A DNA stretch of 34,521 nucleotides from a virus. Lineage: Duplodnaviria > Caudoviricetes. Of this stretch, positions 10,165-19,594 are shown one piece after another. Numbering within the stretch: position 1 is the stretch's first letter; every line of letters starts with the position of its first letter. The DNA lies in the IMG/VR virus record IMGVR_UViG_3300017747_003863, positions 1 through 34,521 of that record. One strand, 5' to 3'. The notes under the pieces were generated by a model. The model saw only the letters and a list, made by a program, of their open reading frames with translations, was not told the origin of the DNA and did no database searches. The position numbers and the translations under genes are program-made.

Positions 10165-11934
10165 TTAACCATCACAGCTCACGCAGTCGACCATAGCACG
10201 TGCGGCAATGTCGCCACGCAGAACAGACTCTGTCCGCATATAGTACAGCGTCTTGATTCCACCTCTCCACGCCTCCATATGGACCTGGTTGATCCACTTG
10301 GGAGTTGCTTCGGATGGGAAGGCAAGGTTAAGTGATTGTGATTGACTGATGTAGCGTTGCCGTACAGCAGCAAGGCGTACCAATTCCAACTGATTGATTT
10401 CCTTAAACGTCTTGAACACATCCTTGACCTTGTCGGCAGTTTCAAACTGACCGATGTCACTTATATGTGTCAACTTACCACTAACGAAGGCCCAGTTATC
10501 AAGTTCAGCAATGCCCTGGACTGATCCACCATCTGCAAGGATTTGGTCCCATCCCTCTTTGCCGAGTCCAATCTTCTTGAACACACGCTCCAACTCTGGG
10601 TTCTTACGGATGAACGTACCCTTTGCAGACTGTTCCGTGAATACGTTAGCAGCCCAAGGCTCAATGCCAGCAGAGACATTACCCGACAGCTTAGAGTTAG
10701 ACACTGTAGGAGCAATTGCAGTTAGGTGCGTGTTACGCATACCGAAACCTCGGCACCACAGAGGCTCTCCGTAGGTACGTGCCATATCACGACTTGCCCG
10801 TTGTGTCTCCATATAGATGTGCGAGAACACACGTCTTGTCTCAAACTCAGCAGCCATACCCTCGAATGGAAGGCCACGCTGTTGCAGGTAGGTGTGCCAC
10901 CCAAGGACACCGAGTCCCAGGGCACGTCCACGCTCCGCAGAACGCACTGAATTCTCAAAGCCACGCATACCCTTAGCCTTCTGGATAAACTCCTCCATAA
11001 CGCCATCTAAGAACATCGTAGACAGGTATACAGCATCAGTGTTGCACCACTCGTCATACTTAGCCAGGTTCATAGAAGACAGACAGCATACGAAGCTGTG
11101 CGCCTCATCCGTGTACAGAGTAATCTCAGAACAGATGTTGGTCATAAAGACCTTCAGTCCATTCTTCTTGTACATCTCAGGGTTCTGCTTGTTCACGTTG
11201 CCACGGTACATAATGTACGGCTCCCCTGTAGACTTACGCTTCTGTAAGACCTTGGACCAACGCTTACGTGCATCTTCGTCACCCTCTTCCAACTTTCGCA
11301 TAAACTTGTCACCAACAACTACGCACTGGTGCAGGTTCAGCGACTGGCGGTTAACGTCACCCTTAGGCTCACGGATTTCCAACCAGTCGTAGAAGTCATC
11401 GTGCTCAATGTTCAGGTTGATAGATGCAGCACCTCTACGTACGTTGCCCTGGGATGTGGCAAGGATGGAGCTGTCGTAAATCTTACAGAAAGGAACCACT
11501 CCATCTGTAGTTCCTTCACCATTTGCAATTGGCGATCCAGCAGGACGAACCATATTCATCCCGATGCCTACTCCACCTCCGTGCTTAGCCAACAGCATCA
11601 TCTCAAGGTTCTTGGAACCAATCTCCTGAATGCTGTCCCCTACGTCAATGCCGAAGCAAGAGATAGGTAGTCCACGATCCGTACCCATATTAGCAAGTAC
11701 AGGCGTAGCCAAGCCAAGCCAGTTGTTCCAGATGATGTTAAAGAACTTCTGCTCCAAGTCAGGACGCTTCAAACGTCCTGCTGCTGCACGTGCTACCCGT
11801 AGGTATGCGTCTTTAGGGCTCTCGTTACCGATTAGGTAACCTTTACTGATGGTCTTGATATAGACCTCAGCGTTCCCCCACTCGGGGAAGTCTACTCCGA
11901 CCTCCCATCCAAATTGTTCTCCGTAGTTTTTCAT
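10165..11934 (-). CDS. nrdA: Class Ia ribonucleotide reductase, alpha subunit
   Basis: ATPVLAN, PISCF, GGGVG, TNICSEI, CCLSS, APTVSNS, QSQSLN, KTLYY and C-terminal CxxC; short form with no obvious ATP cone. Confidence 0.97.
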   Translation of the reverse strand: MKNYGEQFGWEVGVDFPEWGNAEVYIKTISKGYLIGNESPKDAYLRVARAAAGRLKRPDLEQKFFNIIWNNWLGLATPVLANMGTDRGLPISCFGIDVGDSIQEIGSKNLEMMLLAKHGGGVGIGMNMVRPAGSPIANGEGTTDGVVPFCKIYDSSILATSQGNVRRGAASINLNIEHDDFYDWLEIREPKGDVNRQSLNLHQCVVVGDKFMRKLEEGDEDARKRWSKVLQKRKSTGEPYIMYRGNVNKQNPEMYKKNGLKVFMTNICSEITLYTDEAHSFVCCLSSMNLAKYDEWCNTDAVYLSTMFLDGVMEEFIQKAKGMRGFENSVRSAERGRALGLGVLGWHTYLQQRGLPFEGMAAEFETRRVFSHIYMETQRASRDMARTYGEPLWCRGFGMRNTHLTAIAPTVSNSKLSGNVSAGIEPWAANVFTEQSAKGTFIRKNPELERVFKKIGLGKEGWDQILADGGSVQGIAELDNWAFVSGKLTHISDIGQFETADKVKDVFKTFKEINQLELVRLAAVRQRYISQSQSLNLAFPSEATPKWINQVHMEAWRGGIKTLYYMRTESVLRGDIAARAMVDCVSCDG

Positions 11935-12641
11935 TAGTTATTATTAAAAAAGTTCCAATTGTCAAAGTTTTTACTCCTGCATCTTTTTGATACGGCTGTT
12001 CCAGATATATTGTATTTTAATGCACACTCTCGTATTGTGTCAAAAACAGTCTCATCTACAATAATTTTTACCGCAACTGGATTTTTGCCTCCAATTCGTG
12101 ATAAACTTATTTTTCTTCTTGACTCATCGCTACATACCCTACCCTTCTTTGCTGCTGATATTTTTCGTCTATAATCTATTGAGTTAAATACTGACGATGG
12201 GTCCTTCCATAGATTAGATACTTTTTTACCTATAGCAGCTCTATCTCCAAGAATCCTTCCCTTGTTTTTGTCTGATATCTTTTTTCTTGTCTCACTGGAA
12301 ACAACCCTTCCCTTCCTTGAGTCACTTAACTTCTTCTTGTACTCAGTCAATTGATCCTCTGTGTAGAACTTAGTAACCCATCCGCCAGTCCCCCCTTCGG
12401 ATATGTTATAACAGTCTCTGGTTTTCTTGTATTCATTTATCCAATAAATTTCTCTTTCATTTAAATGAGACTCACTGCCGCAAACCTCTATCAACTTTAC
12501 TGAGAAGTTTTCTCTACCATACTTTTTTATAGCACGAATCAATATTTTACCAGATCCAAGATAGCGGGGATTGAACTCCTTAGAACTCTTCCCCACATAT
12601 CTGAATCCATTGATCAAATTTGTTGTTTCGTATATATACAT
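11934..12641 (-). CDS. Free-standing GIY-YIG homing endonuclease with NUMOD3-like repeats
   Basis: YIY...YVG...YLGSG...EIYWI...YN motif set; repeated basic SxETRKKIS-type segments; AT-richer than flanks. ATG at 12641 preferred over TTG at 12647. Confidence 0.9.
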   Translation of the reverse strand: MYIYETTNLINGFRYVGKSSKEFNPRYLGSGKILIRAIKKYGRENFSVKLIEVCGSESHLNEREIYWINEYKKTRDCYNISEGGTGGWVTKFYTEDQLTEYKKKLSDSRKGRVVSSETRKKISDKNKGRILGDRAAIGKKVSNLWKDPSSVFNSIDYRRKISAAKKGRVCSDESRRKISLSRIGGKNPVAVKIIVDETVFDTIRECALKYNISGTAVSKRCRSKNFDNWNFFNNN

Positions 12642-12643
12642 AT

Positions 12644-13636
12644 TCAAAACATATCACTCCAATCTTCTCCCTCGTTAGCCTTGGAATAGTCAGTTGGCCT
12701 TAATGCGAAAAAATCAGTCCAGGTAACGCCCGATGTTAGGTGGTCGAACCACTCCATATCTTGAACAGAACCATAGTTTACCGTGAATATTTCATCGTAT
12801 CCCATCTCTCGCAGTTTGATATTTGCACGATGGCTAATGAAGTGCTTCATATCGTAGGCTCTCAGGTTCTCCAGGTCTCCTTGTTCAAAGATTTTGTCAA
12901 TGAACTTGTGCTCCATCTCAACCGTGATTTCTGCCGCCTCGTAAATATCTTCAGCTACGTCCTCACGAAGCCCTGGATACTCATCGCACATATGGTTAAA
13001 AAGGTGTACTCCCATACGGCTATGCAGAGACTCGTCACGGACTGACCACTTCATCTGCTGCCCAATACCCTTCAACAGATTACGCATCTGAAAGGAGTAC
13101 AGTACAGCAAAAGACGAATAGAGGGCTACGCCTTCTGCAAATGCTGAGAAGATGGCAATAGACCGAGCGATGTCAGTACGTGCAGCAGAGTCCACGAGAA
13201 GCTGTTCTGGAGTGTAGTCGTGAGATACTTCCACGAGTCTGTCAAAGCGAGAGCGCATAACATCATCGTGCAGGAACGCATTGTAGTCATCCAAGCCAAG
13301 CGTGTCGTTTAGATAGCTGTAGGCTGCTGCGTGGATGGTCTCCTGTGATCCGAACATCATCGCCATCTGACGAATCTCGTGCTTCGGGAACCACTTAGTA
13401 ACCATACCTGTCCAGTAGTCACCAACTGCACATTCTGTCTGAGCAAAGCCAAGGAGAATGTTTCCTACAAGATGTCTCTCAGCGTCTGACAGATTCTCCC
13501 TAAAATCCTTCAGGTCGTTCTGCATTGGAATTTCAGTATACAGCCAAAACGCCTGCGCCTGCTTCAGCCATCCTTCAGTGAAGTACGTGTCGTACTCGAA
13601 CGGTTTGTAGGCCACCCGTTCTGTAAATAATCCCAT
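12644..13636 (-). CDS. nrdB: Class Ia ribonucleotide reductase, beta subunit
   Basis: KPFEY, FW, ETIHAAAY, EG..YSSF, RDESLH di-iron motifs, DFF...TDY C-terminus. Confidence 0.97.
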   Translation of the reverse strand: MGLFTERVAYKPFEYDTYFTEGWLKQAQAFWLYTEIPMQNDLKDFRENLSDAERHLVGNILLGFAQTECAVGDYWTGMVTKWFPKHEIRQMAMMFGSQETIHAAAYSYLNDTLGLDDYNAFLHDDVMRSRFDRLVEVSHDYTPEQLLVDSAARTDIARSIAIFSAFAEGVALYSSFAVLYSFQMRNLLKGIGQQMKWSVRDESLHSRMGVHLFNHMCDEYPGLREDVAEDIYEAAEITVEMEHKFIDKIFEQGDLENLRAYDMKHFISHRANIKLREMGYDEIFTVNYGSVQDMEWFDHLTSGVTWTDFFALRPTDYSKANEGEDWSDMF

Positions 13637-13665
13637 AAGTGTTTTTGTTTTCGGTTAAAGGGTTG

Positions 13666-13696
13666 CGAAGATACTTCAATAGTGCTTATCAAACAA
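13666..13696 (-). promoter_or_regulatory. Putative promoter for nrdB-HEG-nrdA
   Basis: TTG-N20-TATCTTCG, a variant of TAnnTTTG; the same TATCTTCGCA occurs upstream of the ERF gene. Confidence 0.5.
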
Positions 13697-14086
13697 CAGG
13701 TGCGACAAGTCTTTTCCTAAAGAAATGTGCAAGTATCCTACCTCCTTTTGAATCATACTCCTATTTGAAAACTCTGTGCTCTTGGGCATTCTACGCATAC
13801 TCCATTCAGGTATAGCAAGTTCAAGCAACTTGAAAGACCATAACCCAACAGGAGTATAGTTTATGTAAACTGGTATCGTAGAAAACTTGTTAGCACGTTC
13901 AATAAGTGCGTCCCACTTGATGCGCTCAATAACGAGTTCATCATAGTGGGTCTTTCTGCACTTAAGTTCTATGTCCGCATTAAACGCAATGCTGTAGCAG
14001 TCATACTTACTCATCCTGCCCTCGCTGTATTCGAGGTCGTTTATAAGCCTTAACTTAAGCAGGTCAAACAACTCTGCCTCATTCAT
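13676..14086 (-). CDS. Hypothetical protein, PD-(D/E)xK nuclease-like
   Basis: YDC...IELKCR motif. Confidence 0.6.
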   Translation of the reverse strand: MNEAELFDLLKLRLINDLEYSEGRMSKYDCYSIAFNADIELKCRKTHYDELVIERIKWDALIERANKFSTIPVYINYTPVGLWSFKLLELAIPEWSMRRMPKSTEFSNRSMIQKEVGYLHISLGKDLSHLLFDKHY

Positions 14087-14622
14087 TACTGAATGTAGTT
14101 GTAGTACGCAATGTACTTGTTTAGTGCTAAGACAGGACCACGTTGGGCTGCCTCCATAGCGTACTCACCATCTTGAACATAGTTCTCTGTGCGTCTTAGG
14201 TCCTTCACGTACTTCCACCTCACCATAAATGAAGCGTTGTCAATGTTACCAATCTGAGGCACGGAAACAGGCTGTAGACGAATCTGTCCATCGTGTGTAT
14301 ACTGGCCCCAAGTGATCATCACGAAGTCCTTGTGCGTGTGCTTGGAGACCTCGTTGTACCAGTCTGGGTGTACGATGTTATCGCTGTCCATAAACACCAA
14401 CCAGTCCTCATCCTCAAACGGATAGTTTTCAAAGGCGTAACTGATGTTAGGACCTCCGTAACCACCTGTGCGACCAGATCGTAGAATCACTGGGCCCTTG
14501 ATGTCCTTCTTATCCTCGATTAACTTGTCGTATACCACAATCCAGTTACACTCCTTGGGTATGCTCTTCTTGATTGTCGGCAGGTTCTTGACCCTATGAC
14601 AAGGTGTTATAATGTGTATCAT
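14086..14622 (-). CDS. Glycosyltransferase, GT-A fold (GT2-like)
   Basis: IITP N-terminus, WIVVYD, VFMDSDN (DxD), QDG motif. Confidence 0.8.
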   Translation of the reverse strand: MIHIITPCHRVKNLPTIKKSIPKECNWIVVYDKLIEDKKDIKGPVILRSGRTGGYGGPNISYAFENYPFEDEDWLVFMDSDNIVHPDWYNEVSKHTHKDFVMITWGQYTHDGQIRLQPVSVPQIGNIDNASFMVRWKYVKDLRRTENYVQDGEYAMEAAQRGPVLALNKYIAYYNYIQ

Positions 14623-14644
14623 ATTGATTTAGTTTAGCAGAAAG

Positions 14645-14718
14645 TACCCCTGGTTGGGCTCGAACCAACAACCTACGAATTAGAAGTTCGTCTATCTATC
14701 CAATTGATATACAGGGGC
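14645..14718 (-). tRNA. tRNA-Arg (anticodon UCU)
   Basis: Cloverleaf GCCCCTG/CAGGGGT, D stem TATC/GATA with A20, ACGAA-CTTCTAA-TTCGT, GTTGG-TTCGAGC-CCAAC; CCA not encoded. Confidence 0.95.
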
Positions 14719-14725
14719 TTACGTT

Positions 14726-15682
14726 CTACGGCTTTAACAATGAGTCTAAGCGAATCTCGTTAACCTTGTCAATGTGGTACTCTTCAACACAGAAGTCGTA
14801 CAGATTATTGGCAAGTCGGGTAGCCTTCTCCAGTGTCATACCTTCGATGGCTTCCTTCCATTCAAGTTTGTCGCTGACCAAGATGCCTGTAATACCATCC
14901 TCAATGACCTGCTTGTACGGAGTCACGTTAGATGCTATGACAGCAGTCTTGGTAAAGCCAGCCTCAGAAATCTTTAGGTCAGACTTACACTGATTGAACT
15001 TACTGGTTCCAAGAGGCACGAGAGACACATCGAAGTACTGGTACAACGTACCGTAAGAGAATGTATCCTTGGGGCTCAGTACGTATTTAGCACCGAACTT
15101 GTCAGGATACTCTTCAATCATAACAGAGTACATCTCCTTGTCAGAGAAGTCATATCCAACCAACTCAACGTCCTTAGTGTGGCCCATAGCACCGAGGTAA
15201 CCGAAGCGTACCTGATCCGTAGGCAACTTACCTCCCTGCCACTGAGGGTCATCGGGATTGATTGAGTTCGGCACGTAATGGTACTCAGCACGTGGATTCA
15301 AGCGTTTCATCTCCTTAATCAGAACGTGAGACGGAGACCAGATGATGTCTGCAATCCGAATCGTGTTCTTGATATCGTGAGTCAAGTACTTGAAGTATAA
15401 ATCGTTAGCCTGATTATGCTTCTCAAGTTCCCAGAAGTCATCGTTGTCCAACACCAACTTGATGTTGTATTTATTTAGAATCTTTCTAAATATGCCATAG
15501 TCGGCAACGCTAATCTTCCGAGAGACAATCAGATAGTCAACCTTGTCCAACTCTATATCTGACAGCTTATTCAAAGAGTCAATCCAGAACATCTGGACAT
15601 CGTCTTCAAGCCTACGCAGTGGCGTGATCAGCCTGTGGTAGTTGATGCCGTGTAGGCCGTCAACATAAATCAGGAGCATCAT
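14726..15682 (-). CDS. Glycosyltransferase, GT-B fold (GT4-like)
   Basis: YHRL..P, DNDD, VPNSI, GYLGAMGH, DVSLVPL..FNQCKSDLKISE, IASNVTPY, GITGILV. Confidence 0.85.
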   Translation of the reverse strand: MMLLIYVDGLHGINYHRLITPLRRLEDDVQMFWIDSLNKLSDIELDKVDYLIVSRKISVADYGIFRKILNKYNIKLVLDNDDFWELEKHNQANDLYFKYLTHDIKNTIRIADIIWSPSHVLIKEMKRLNPRAEYHYVPNSINPDDPQWQGGKLPTDQVRFGYLGAMGHTKDVELVGYDFSDKEMYSVMIEEYPDKFGAKYVLSPKDTFSYGTLYQYFDVSLVPLGTSKFNQCKSDLKISEAGFTKTAVIASNVTPYKQVIEDGITGILVSDKLEWKEAIEGMTLEKATRLANNLYDFCVEEYHIDKVNEIRLDSLLKP

Positions 15683-15891
15683 ATACCCTGGTACTCTTGG
15701 ACCATTGCCTTAATGAAGTCTGTCTCAAGGCGCAGGACCTTCATCGTGGCAGTGATGCTGTTGCTGATAGTTGCTGGATCCGTAATAGGATTACCATCGT
15801 CATCGTGCAACTTCTCGTACATCTCGTCAATCAGGATATGGATTCTATGACATCCATCATAGTAACCCTTACTTAGTCTGTTTAATTCCAT
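15679..15891 (-). CDS. Hypothetical protein, 70 aa
   Basis: ATG ORF overlapping both neighbours in the operon. Confidence 0.7.
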   Translation of the reverse strand: MELNRLSKGYYDGCHRIHILIDEMYEKLHDDDGNPITDPATISNSITATMKVLRLETDFIKAMVQEYQGI

Positions 15892-16321
15892 CTTTTATAA
15901 TATTTATTACGCTGTCAACTTGGTCCTTGTTCTTGGGGATGAATAGCTGATAGTCCATATGGTTGTCGTGTAGAAACTTCATAAACAACTTCCATCGGAC
16001 TGGGAAACTATCGTTCGCCCGAACAAAACCCTTCGTCTCTATAATGAATCTGTTAATGTGGCTTACGAAGTCAGGCTTGTAAGTAATCGGGAGCACTTTC
16101 TTACCAGAAGCTTCAACCAGGTAACGGTCTTTCGGTACAGACTTGTAGTACTTGTTTGTGGGCGTGAAACCTTCTTGGACCGTGAAGGACTCGGACTCGT
16201 AACCGAAGTCGATACCTTCTTCCTTGAGCCTTTTACCGCAGTAGGCTTCGAGACCGCTTTTGTAGACACCGAGGTCTTTTTTCTTTCTGTTTGCATTTGA
16301 TTTAGTTCTTTTAAAGGGCAT
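15869..16321 (-). CDS. T7 endonuclease I-like Holliday junction resolvase
   Basis: YKSGLE...GYE...YKPDF...IIETKG. ATG at 16321 preferred over TTG at 16327. Confidence 0.8.
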   Translation of the reverse strand: MPFKRTKSNANRKKKDLGVYKSGLEAYCGKRLKEEGIDFGYESESFTVQEGFTPTNKYYKSVPKDRYLVEASGKKVLPITYKPDFVSHINRFIIETKGFVRANDSFPVRWKLFMKFLHDNHMDYQLFIPKNKDQVDSVINIIKDGIKQTK

Positions 16322-16332
16322 TGACAAATTTA

Positions 16333-18141
16333 TTAAAAAGCATTGAGAATATCACTATTCAGTTCAAAGTTTATTTTAGGCTGTTCAAAGGATTCGTAGG
16401 CCATAGGTCGGAACAGATTATGTCCAACAATTGGTCGGAACCCTGTAGCCGATGCGTTCATTTCAAAGTATACTGGCTCACCGTATGGAGTCGGCTCACC
16501 ACCAGTCTCAACCTCACGAACCTTGCGTACGTGCATCTCTGTAGTCCTACGTACGTGTGGCTCAGGGTGTTGAATCTTCCTGTGAATCGTTATAAATCCA
16601 TCAGCACGGTTGACAAACTTGCCCCCACCTTCAGTATCCTCAGCGAATGGTGCTATAGGCTGTCCAGACTCATCACGTCTGCGTTGCGCTTCGGTTACAG
16701 CGTGGGTGTTCAGCCACACTGCAATGTTGTTACGCTTGGCGTACGTAAGGAACTCAGATGCTGCCTCGTAGTGGTACTCGTGGGTAGAGATTGCGCTACC
16801 TGCCGACATCTGAATCTTAAGGCTGTTGTACGGATCAATGAAGAACCCATCAAACTTGTTCTGCCGCATCAGCTTGTCAGAGAACAGCATCAAGTCCGTG
16901 TAGGAGTACACATCGTTGTTGTTGATGATGATGAAGTGTTCCTTCACCCAGTTGTAGGCACGAAGACGTTCCTGATAGTCCATCTGCTGTACAGGTCGGT
17001 CCACGTAGAACTGCATCAACTTAGACTTCAGGGAGGCTGTTCGGTTCTCCGAGGAGTAGATCACCCACTTCCATCCGTGACGTATTGCGCTGTTTGCGAT
17101 TAGGAATAAAATAAACGTGGTCTTCCCCACGTTACTGTGCCCATTCACAATCATAAACTCACGCTTGTAGCGAAAGTACTTGTCAAGGTTATCGTTACCT
17201 GTATCCAAGCCAACCTCAATGCGTCCGTTTGCAAAGTCATCAATCCATCGGAAGTCCTCGTCATCAGAAGATATGAACGACATATCCCCATCGTTAATGA
17301 GCATCTCACGTTGGTAGGAAGACTCCTCCTCAATGATTTCACGAATCGGCATACCCTTACCCTTCTCGATGCCATCACGGATGGTCTTTAGGGCAAGTTC
17401 CTCCGACTCTATGTCACGCTTAAGAATCTCACGTACAAGTACACGCAAGACCTCATCCTCCTCCATTCTACCAGCTGCAATGTAACCACCGCATAGGACA
17501 GACGCCTTAAGAAGCATAGCGTGTTTCTGTCCATCTTCAGCAAAGCGAATCATCTTCGCTGCTATGTTTAGCTTGAGGTAGTCGGTATAGGTATCTCTGC
17601 GTTCAGCCTTCTGCTCTAAGGCATCTTCGGACAGCATACCACCGAAACGTTCGGAGTAGTTGTTAAAGACCAGGTCTGGGTCATAGGACTCAAAACAGGC
17701 CCGTGCTTCGTTCTTTCCAGTAGCATCGGCACTGAGTCCGTACTGCTTGGAGAAGTACGCCTCAAGGGCTCTAAAGTGGTCTCTATGGCGTTCTGGATTC
17801 GTTATCTTAACCAAGGCTTTCAGACCGTCTCCTGATGGCGATATCCAGCAGGCGTGTACGTACTGATCCGTGGCAAGGATGGACTTAGAGTTCTCTACAT
17901 CAATGTGGTCAAAGTCTATGACGATAATACCAGAGTGATTGGAGATGTCCTTATCGTTCCGTCCCAAGAATTCACCTGAGAACAGAACGATAGGTAAGGA
18001 CTTCTTTAACTCTTTGTTTCCTGAACGTAACTCAGTGATTAGTTGTTGTTGTTTGCCAGAGGCTATCCGCTGGAGCGCTGTCTCCAGAGTGATGTAGTTC
18101 GGAACCTTGTCCGTCAGTGACCTGAAGATTGTTACGTTCAT
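16333..18141 (-). CDS. Primase-helicase fusion: VirE-N/BT4734-like primase domain plus SF4 (DnaB-like) helicase
   Basis: K..LP...FSG, IDFDH, SPSGDGLK, ACFESYDP in the N-terminus; Walker A GHSNVGKT, SSEN, IDPYN, IHR, KVR in the C-terminus. ATG at 18141. Confidence 0.88.
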   Translation of the reverse strand: MNVTIFRSLTDKVPNYITLETALQRIASGKQQQLITELRSGNKELKKSLPIVLFSGEFLGRNDKDISNHSGIIVIDFDHIDVENSKSILATDQYVHACWISPSGDGLKALVKITNPERHRDHFRALEAYFSKQYGLSADATGKNEARACFESYDPDLVFNNYSERFGGMLSEDALEQKAERRDTYTDYLKLNIAAKMIRFAEDGQKHAMLLKASVLCGGYIAAGRMEEDEVLRVLVREILKRDIESEELALKTIRDGIEKGKGMPIREIIEEESSYQREMLINDGDMSFISSDDEDFRWIDDFANGRIEVGLDTGNDNLDKYFRYKREFMIVNGHSNVGKTTFILFLIANSAIRHGWKWVIYSSENRTASLKSKLMQFYVDRPVQQMDYQERLRAYNWVKEHFIIINNNDVYSYTDLMLFSDKLMRQNKFDGFFIDPYNSLKIQMSAGSAISTHEYHYEAASEFLTYAKRNNIAVWLNTHAVTEAQRRRDESGQPIAPFAEDTEGGGKFVNRADGFITIHRKIQHPEPHVRRTTEMHVRKVREVETGGEPTPYGEPVYFEMNASATGFRPIVGHNLFRPMAYESFEQPKINFELNSDILNAF

Positions 18142-18394
18142 CTTCGATTGCAATTTTAAGTAGAATTAGGTATCCGATTAAGTCTTGAATGGTATCCTCG
18201 GTCTTGTCGGTGATGCCGAGGTTCTTGATGCGCATCAGTTTATCATCAATGCGTGAGCCAAGGTTTTCAATGGCTGATCCACGTGCGAAGATGTTTGCAG
18301 GCTTGAGTGCGCTGTCTCCGTATGCCTTGTTCTTACTGAGCAGTAGGTCACGAACTCCGTTTGCTACTGCTATAATCTTTTCGGCACTTGTCAT
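18032..18394 (-). CDS. Nucleotide-modification-associated domain protein (Nmad1/DUF1599-like)
   Basis: KNKAYG...RIDDKLMRIKN...EDTIQDLIGY signature. Confidence 0.75.
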   Translation of the reverse strand: MTSAEKIIAVANGVRDLLLSKNKAYGDSALKPANIFARGSAIENLGSRIDDKLMRIKNLGITDKTEDTIQDLIGYLILLKIAIEDERNNLQVTDGQGSELHHSGDSAPADSLWQTTTTNH

Positions 18395-18549
18395 CAGTCG
18401 TCTACTCCGTCAATGTGTTCCATTTCGTCTCCTGGGTCTGACACGATAATGCGCCCGTACCCTTTTGGCTGATCCCACCCTGCGTAGGTAAAGTCAGAAC
18501 CGACACCAGTATCTTTACCAACTGGGGTCGTCTTTGTCTGTTTTTTCAT
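18394..18549 (-). CDS. Hypothetical protein, 51 aa (not in ORF track)
   Basis: MKKQTKTTPVGKDTG...EHIDGVDD; TGATG stop/start overlap with the next gene. Confidence 0.6.
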   Translation of the reverse strand: MKKQTKTTPVGKDTGVGSDFTYAGWDQPKGYGRIIVSDPGDEMEHIDGVDD

Positions 18550-19069
18550 TGTTGTAAATTAATTGGTTAACGTAATCCATATGGTACTGGCAATCCTTAC
18601 GAGCATCGTGCAGTCCCTTGATTTTGTTCTTGATTCTGTTCACGATACGTCTGTCCTTGTCGTATAGGACCTGTATGGTCCGTATGTCGTACTGCGCAAA
18701 AGTAGGAATGTTAATCCACATTCCGTGCATCTTGTAGAAATATTTTATGATAGGAATGTCAAAGGCAGCGTGTGTCCAGATCTCAGTGTCATCGTCTATG
18801 TGCTCGTACAAGAAGTACCTAAAGTCTGTCAGCACCTTGTGGACAGATTCTTGCCCTCCAGTCACATAGTAGTACACATCCTCTGGCTGGTTCTGCCACC
18901 AAGTCATAGTCTTCTTATTGAAGTCGTATCCAATCTTTTCAGTTGGCTTCATACGCCCCTCAAACTCTGCTACGATACCCTTATCGTCCCAGACCAGTGC
19001 TGCTATCTGGTAGATGAAGCAGCCGTACTCTGTGCCGCTTGTCTCAATGTCAATAGTTAGTCTGTTCAA
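18515..19069 (-). CDS. DEDDh 3'-5' exonuclease
   Basis: IDIET, TMTWWQNQ, W....FD, DIRT, LHDARKDC. Confidence 0.85.
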   Translation of the reverse strand: MNRLTIDIETSGTEYGCFIYQIAALVWDDKGIVAEFEGRMKPTEKIGYDFNKKTMTWWQNQPEDVYYYVTGGQESVHKVLTDFRYFLYEHIDDDTEIWTHAAFDIPIIKYFYKMHGMWINIPTFAQYDIRTIQVLYDKDRRIVNRIKNKIKGLHDARKDCQYHMDYVNQLIYNNEKTDKDDPSW

Positions 19070-19070
19070 T

Positions 19071-19550
19071 TTAGTATTTGATTAATTTATAAGTTGATAA
19101 TAATTTCAGGTCTGTCAATTCCAATCTTGATATAACATCAAAGCGACCTTCTCTTTGATATAGTTTAAGATATGCATCATTCTTTGGAACAAATTTTTTG
19201 TCAATCATTGACTCGGCAAACAAGACAAGTTCGTTTCTTGACACAACTACGAATCCATTAAGTGAAGCCATCTCAAAGGCAATGTACCCAGCGTGTCCGT
19301 AGAGCCACCCATCGTTACCTCTAACGTTCTTTAACTCCACCCATATCTCTTCATTCTGCTTCTGTCCTTTAACATCCACAGAGGTGTTGCCTTGAGGTCT
19401 TGTTACCCAGTAGTCAATGTGTAGTTCAATGTCTTCTTGTGTGCTACTCTTTAGGCAACTGTACCCAAGGGCCTCACAAGCTATGACAAACTTATTTTCT
19501 CCTTGCTGTCCTATGTTATTAGAGTATAACCATCTTGAGTCACTTACCAT
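19071..19550 (-). CDS. PD-(D/E)xK-fold nuclease-like protein
   Basis: GE..F, IDY, VDVKG, WVELKNVRGNDGWLYG. Confidence 0.65.
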   Translation of the reverse strand: MVSDSRWLYSNNIGQQGENKFVIACEALGYSCLKSSTQEDIELHIDYWVTRPQGNTSVDVKGQKQNEEIWVELKNVRGNDGWLYGHAGYIAFEMASLNGFVVVSRNELVLFAESMIDKKFVPKNDAYLKLYQREGRFDVISRLELTDLKLLSTYKLIKY

Positions 19551-19594
19551 TGGAGTGTATTGTTATGGCACTAACTACTGGTTAATGCCTTTGT

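Noticed and set aside
10096-11839. + strand and alternate-frame ORFs over nrdA
   Set aside because: Overlap a clearly conserved gene and carry no recognisable motifs.
11934-12647. Group I intron or intein in the RNR locus
   Set aside because: nrdA and nrdB both appear complete and there is no non-coding space for an intron core.
14623-14645. Theta/HDV-like ribozyme after the tRNA genes
   Set aside because: Only ~22-25 nt of A-rich leader follows each tRNA-shaped element, leaving no room.
16321-17103. 260-aa + strand ORF
   Set aside because: Entirely antisense to the helicase domain, TTG start, no motifs; a shadow ORF.
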